The position numbers were made by a program, and so were the translations under genes. Below are positions 60,407-64,000 of a stretch of 64,000 nucleotides of DNA, piece after piece. The stretch spans positions 32,001-96,000 of the forward strand of contig OY969801.1 of the NCBI GenBank assembly GCA_963703225.1, in the 5' to 3' direction. Under the pieces are notes generated by a model. That model was given only the letters and a program-made list of their open reading frames with translations. It ran no database searches and was not told the DNA's origin. Origin of the DNA: Candidatus Eiseniibacteriota bacterium. GTDB lineage: Bacteria > Eisenbacteria > RBG-16-71-46 > SZUA-252. Positions within the stretch are counted from its first letter, which is position 1. Each line of letters begins with the position of its first letter.

Positions 60407-61141
60407 TTGGCGATTAAACCACTGCGCTATATAGGAGTTACAGTGCTCGTCGCCGGACTTTCGGTCCTGCCCAGCGCCCCGGATCAGGTGTCCACGGCGA
60501 CTTCGGCGCCCCTGGCGGGGGGCTCTGGGTGGAACGAGCGGGCGGGGGGCTTCTCCCTGGCGCGCCTCAAGTACACGGGGGGCGGCGATTGGTACTCCGA
60601 TGAGTCCTCGCTCTGGAATCTGCTCCGCGCGCTTCGCGCCCGCGGCGAGATCCGGGTGGGCCAGGAGAAGGAGGCGGTCGTCACCGCCGCCGATCCGGAG
60701 CTTTGGAACTACCCGATGCTCTTCGTGACCGGCCACGGAAACGTCAAGCTGAGCGAGGAGGAGACACGCGCGCTCCGGAGGTATCTCGATCAAGGTGGAT
60801 TCCTGTGGGCCGACGACAATTTCGGGATGGATAAGTCGTTCCGTGAGCTCATGCGCCGCGTCTACCCCGAGTCCCCGCTGGTCGAGCTGCCGTTCACGCA
60901 TCCGCTCTTCCAGTACCCAAACCGGTTCCCAGGCGGCGCCCCCAAGATCCACGAGCACGACGGCGGACCGGCCCGAGTCTTCGCGGTCGTCCGAAATGGG
61001 CGGGTCGCGGTGCTCTACACCTTTGACTGCGACATCGGCAACGGGATCGAGGACGAGGGAATCCACGATGATTCGCCTGCGAAGCGGGAGGCCGCCATGG
61101 CGTTCGCGATCAACATCGCGACCTATGCGGTGACCAACTGA
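60407..61141 (+). CDS. DUF4159 domain protein
   Basis: ARLKYTGGGDWY, YPMLFVTGHG, YLDQGGFLWADD, PKIHEHDG. Confidence 0.88.
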   Translation: MAIKPLRYIGVTVLVAGLSVLPSAPDQVSTATSAPLAGGSGWNERAGGFSLARLKYTGGGDWYSDESSLWNLLRALRARGEIRVGQEKEAVVTAADPELWNYPMLFVTGHGNVKLSEEETRALRRYLDQGGFLWADDNFGMDKSFRELMRRVYPESPLVELPFTHPLFQYPNRFPGGAPKIHEHDGGPARVFAVVRNGRVAVLYTFDCDIGNGIEDEGIHDDSPAKREAAMAFAINIATYAVTN

Positions 61142-64000
61142 TGCCGGGCACGCGGCGTCCCCCGATGACCGGAGCGCGCGAAGCGCTCCTCACGCGCATC
61201 CGAGCGGCCCGCCGGCTCCTGCTTTGGAGGTCGATCGAGCGCGCCGGTCTGGCGGCGGTCGTCGGAATTCTCGCGATCGCGGTGGTCGCTCTCATCGTCG
61301 CGCTTTCGGCCCCGATCTACCGGGCCGAGTACAGTCTGATTCGTCTTTCGCTTCTCGGCGCCGCGGGCGTCTTCTTTCTCACGGCGGTGGCGCGGGTCTT
61401 GGGTGCCGGCTCGTCCTTGGGCGCGGCGGCCCTGGAGGCGGGGAAGCTCGCGGGGGACCGCGAGGATGAGCTTTTGAGCGCGCTCGAGCTATCCAACGAG
61501 GAGGGCGAAGGCGGGGCGTGGACGTCAGGTTCGCTCCGCGAAGCCGCGGTCCTCGCCGCGGTCGCACGCGCGCGCGGCGTCAAGCTCGCCCAGCTCAAGC
61601 GCTGGGATCGACGCGGACGTTGGCTGGGCGCGACGGGGGTGGCGCTGCTCGCCCTTGGCATCGCGGGCATCGCGGGCGGCGCCAGGACCCCCGTCGCCCT
61701 TCGGCGCATCGCCGATCCGAGCACGGCGCCGCCGGCGCCGATCCGGATCCGCGTGGAGCCGGGCACCCGCGAGGTGGAGGGCGGTGAATCGGTCGCGCTC
61801 CGCGCCTACATCGCGGGCTCGGCCCGGAGGCCGCTCCTCGAGCGCCGCGCCGGGGATGGGTGGCGCGGGATCGCGTTCGGGAACTCCGAGGGCGCCGAGG
61901 GTGCGCGCCACGGCGAGCACGCCTACTCGCTGGTGCTTCGCAATCTCACGGAGGACGTGGCCTATCGAGTCCGGGTCGCAGACCAGGTGACCCCGACCTA
62001 CGCGCTCAACGTGCGCGACCTTCCCAGGGCGACCGGGTACAGGGTTCTCTACCAATACCCCAGCTATACGGGACTGAAGCCCGAGGTGAGCCAGGGAATC
62101 ACCGGAGACCTCGCCGCGCCTCGCGGCACGCGAGCGCTCCTCGAGGTCACGCTCAACCGCGCGGTCGCCACGGCTTCGGCGCGCTTCGAGCGGGAACGGC
62201 TCGCGCTGAACGGGGAGGTCGGCGAGCGGAGCGTCCGATTCTCGATTCCGATTCGAGTCGACGACCGCTTCACGCTGAGGCTTCAAGATCGGCGCGGGCG
62301 GCAGGCCGACCTCGGCCCCTTTGATCTGCGCGCCATCCCCGACCGTCCGCCGACCGTGACCGTCCTGGCCCCGGCGCCAGTCGAGGATGTCACCCGGGAC
62401 CTCACCACCGTCGTGCTCGCCGGCGCGACCGACGACCACGGCGTGAGGAAGATCCTGCTTCGCTACCGCGTCCGTCAGGAGCCCGAGCGGATCGAGACGC
62501 TCCACGAAGAGCACGTGGGGACGCGCGAGCTGGCCATTCGCTACACCTGGGCGCTCGGCGGCTACTCGCTCCTTCCGGGCGAGGAGGTGGAGTACCAGAT
62601 CGGCGCCGTCGATGGAAACGCGATTGACGGCCCGCAGACCACTTGGTCGGACATCCGGCGGCTTCGCTTTCCCTCGGCGACCGAGATCCTCGCGTCGATG
62701 TCCGGAGATCGCGACGAGTCGATCGAGACGCTGGAAGACGTTCTCAAGAGCGCGCGGGAGCTCCAGCAGAAGTCCGAGAGCCTCTCCCGCGAGCTCGGGC
62801 GCTCGCGGGAGCTGACGTGGGAGCAGCAGCAGGAGGTCCAGAAGAACCTGGAGGGCCAGGAGCGGTTGCGGAACCAACTCGACAAAGTGGCCCAGAAGCT
62901 CTCCCAGGACTCGGAGAAGCTCTCCCAGTCGCGCGCCTTGAACGCGGAGCTGGTGCAGAAGATTCAGGAGATGGCGAAGCTCCTCCAGCAGATCAAGGAC
63001 CAGACCCTCCTCCGCTCCATGCAGCGCGTCCAGGAAGCGCTGAAGCGCCTCTCGCCGCAGGAAGTGGAGCGCGCGCTGGAGAACATGAAGTTCTCCCAGG
63101 AAGAGGCGATGAGGAGCCTGGAGCGGACCATCGAGATGTTGAAGCAGATCCGGACCGAGGAGATGCTCGAGGCGGCTTCGGAGCGCGCCGCGGAGATGGA
63201 GCGCCGACAGATCGCGCTGAACGACTCGCTGGCCCGAACGAAAGAGAAATCGGAGATGAGTCGGCTCGGCCAGATGGAGCGCCAGGTCGCGCGGATGGCC
63301 GAGGAGGAGCGCGCCGCGCTCGATTCTCTGGGGGCCGCGATGCAATCGCTCGATCCTGAGTCCGCGGCGGAATCGGAGCGGCTGGCAGACCAGCTCGGAT
63401 CCAAGGGCATGCAGCCCCAATTCCAGCGGGCGAGCCAGTCGATGGAGCAAGGGGAGCGTCAGGAGTCGCAGGCAGAGGCACAGGAGCTGCAGCAGCAGCT
63501 CTCCGAGATGCGGAAGAGCGTCGACAAGATGCGCGAGAATTTCAACTCGAAGCGGAAGAACGAGATCGCCAAGAAGATGGAAGAGGCGGCCCAGGACCTG
63601 CTCGACATCGCGTCCATCCAGGAGAAGATGCTGGGCGACGAGACAAGCTCGCTGTCGGAGCGGGCCGAGACCCAGAAGGGGCTACAGGAATCGACCGAGG
63701 GAGCCACCAATCGGGTGGGTGAGGTCGCCAAACAGACGCTTTTCGTGACTCCCGACATCGCGCAGTCGCTGGGGCGCGCGCTGGCAAACCAATCGAACGC
63801 CGTCGGGCGCTACTCGAACCAGGATCTGGCCGGCGGGCTCGTCGGGAGCAAGGAGTCGACGATCGCGCTCAACCAGGCGGCCGCGGGGCTCCTTCGTCAG
63901 CGCCAATCGATGCAGGGTTCCAAATCCTCAACGGGGATGCAGGAAGCGATGGAGAGCCTCCAGAGCCTGGCGGGCCAGCAGCAGGGGCTCAATCAAGAGA
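61141..64000 (+). CDS. Large membrane-anchored coiled-coil protein, DUF4175-like (runs off the window)
   Basis: Frame open from ATG 61141 (MPGTRRPPMTGAREALL...) to the end; N-terminal TMs, YPSYTG, DRPPTV, ATDDHGV, Gln/Glu-rich coiled coil; follows DUF4159. Confidence 0.8.
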   Translation, partial: MPGTRRPPMTGAREALLTRIRAARRLLLWRSIERAGLAAVVGILAIAVVALIVALSAPIYRAEYSLIRLSLLGAAGVFFLTAVARVLGAGSSLGAAALEAGKLAGDREDELLSALELSNEEGEGGAWTSGSLREAAVLAAVARARGVKLAQLKRWDRRGRWLGATGVALLALGIAGIAGGARTPVALRRIADPSTAPPAPIRIRVEPGTREVEGGESVALRAYIAGSARRPLLERRAGDGWRGIAFGNSEGAEGARHGEHAYSLVLRNLTEDVAYRVRVADQVTPTYALNVRDLPRATGYRVLYQYPSYTGLKPEVSQGITGDLAAPRGTRALLEVTLNRAVATASARFERERLALNGEVGERSVRFSIPIRVDDRFTLRLQDRRGRQADLGPFDLRAIPDRPPTVTVLAPAPVEDVTRDLTTVVLAGATDDHGVRKILLRYRVRQEPERIETLHEEHVGTRELAIRYTWALGGYSLLPGEEVEYQIGAVDGNAIDGPQTTWSDIRRLRFPSATEILASMSGDRDESIETLEDVLKSARELQQKSESLSRELGRSRELTWEQQQEVQKNLEGQERLRNQLDKVAQKLSQDSEKLSQSRALNAELVQKIQEMAKLLQQIKDQTLLRSMQRVQEALKRLSPQEVERALENMKFSQEEAMRSLERTIEMLKQIRTEEMLEAASERAAEMERRQIALNDSLARTKEKSEMSRLGQMERQVARMAEEERAALDSLGAAMQSLDPESAAESERLADQLGSKGMQPQFQRASQSMEQGERQESQAEAQELQQQLSEMRKSVDKMRENFNSKRKNEIAKKMEEAAQDLLDIASIQEKMLGDETSSLSERAETQKGLQESTEGATNRVGEVAKQTLFVTPDIAQSLGRALANQSNAVGRYSNQDLAGGLVGSKESTIALNQAAAGLLRQRQSMQGSKSSTGMQEAMESLQSLAGQQQGLNQE

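Noticed and set aside
35516..63450. Long antisense or alternative-frame ORFs (for example 35516-37378, 38013-39596, 43133-44731, 54633-56042, 61525-63450)
   Set aside because: They are typical high-GC shadows of well-supported genes and carry no recognisable motifs.

Overview
High-GC bacterial chromosome segment spanning the origin region. It is probably from a diderm FCB-related lineage such as Ca. Eisenbacteria; this is inferred only from FlgD-Ig/T9SS-like C-terminal domains, gene order and GC content. Gene order: dnaA (minus strand, runs off the left edge), DnaA boxes, rpmH-rnpA-yidD-yidC-jag-mnmE-mnmG-rsmG, three perfect parS sites, parAB, a second DnaA-box cluster, MoxR-DUF58-BatA, mfd-PPIase-surA-pdxA-ftsEX-envC-holB-PSP1-metG-tatD-rsmA, an outer-membrane barrel with two lipoproteins, a YibQ-like gene and pdxJ. 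A ~17 kb phosphate island follows (two secreted CTD proteins, a TonB-dependent receptor, a porin and pstSCA, converging on phoB-phoR-pstB-phoU), then secDF, a metallophosphoesterase, a membrane Ser/Thr kinase and DUF4159-DUF4175. Main signals read from the DNA: (1) five arrays of 11-bp-period GTAACA-like Pho boxes, three with an identically spaced -10 element, which place the uncharacterised secreted proteins and the TonB receptor in the Pho regulon; (2) every parS has a second motif (GTAAATRCGT within a TAA-N19-TTR frame) at a fixed distance, and the same frame recurs beside both DnaA-box clusters and inside parB; (3) the secreted beta-helix protein looks circularly permuted. Several core genes carry frameshifts that look like sequencing errors. 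No rRNA, tRNA, CRISPR array or transposase was seen.
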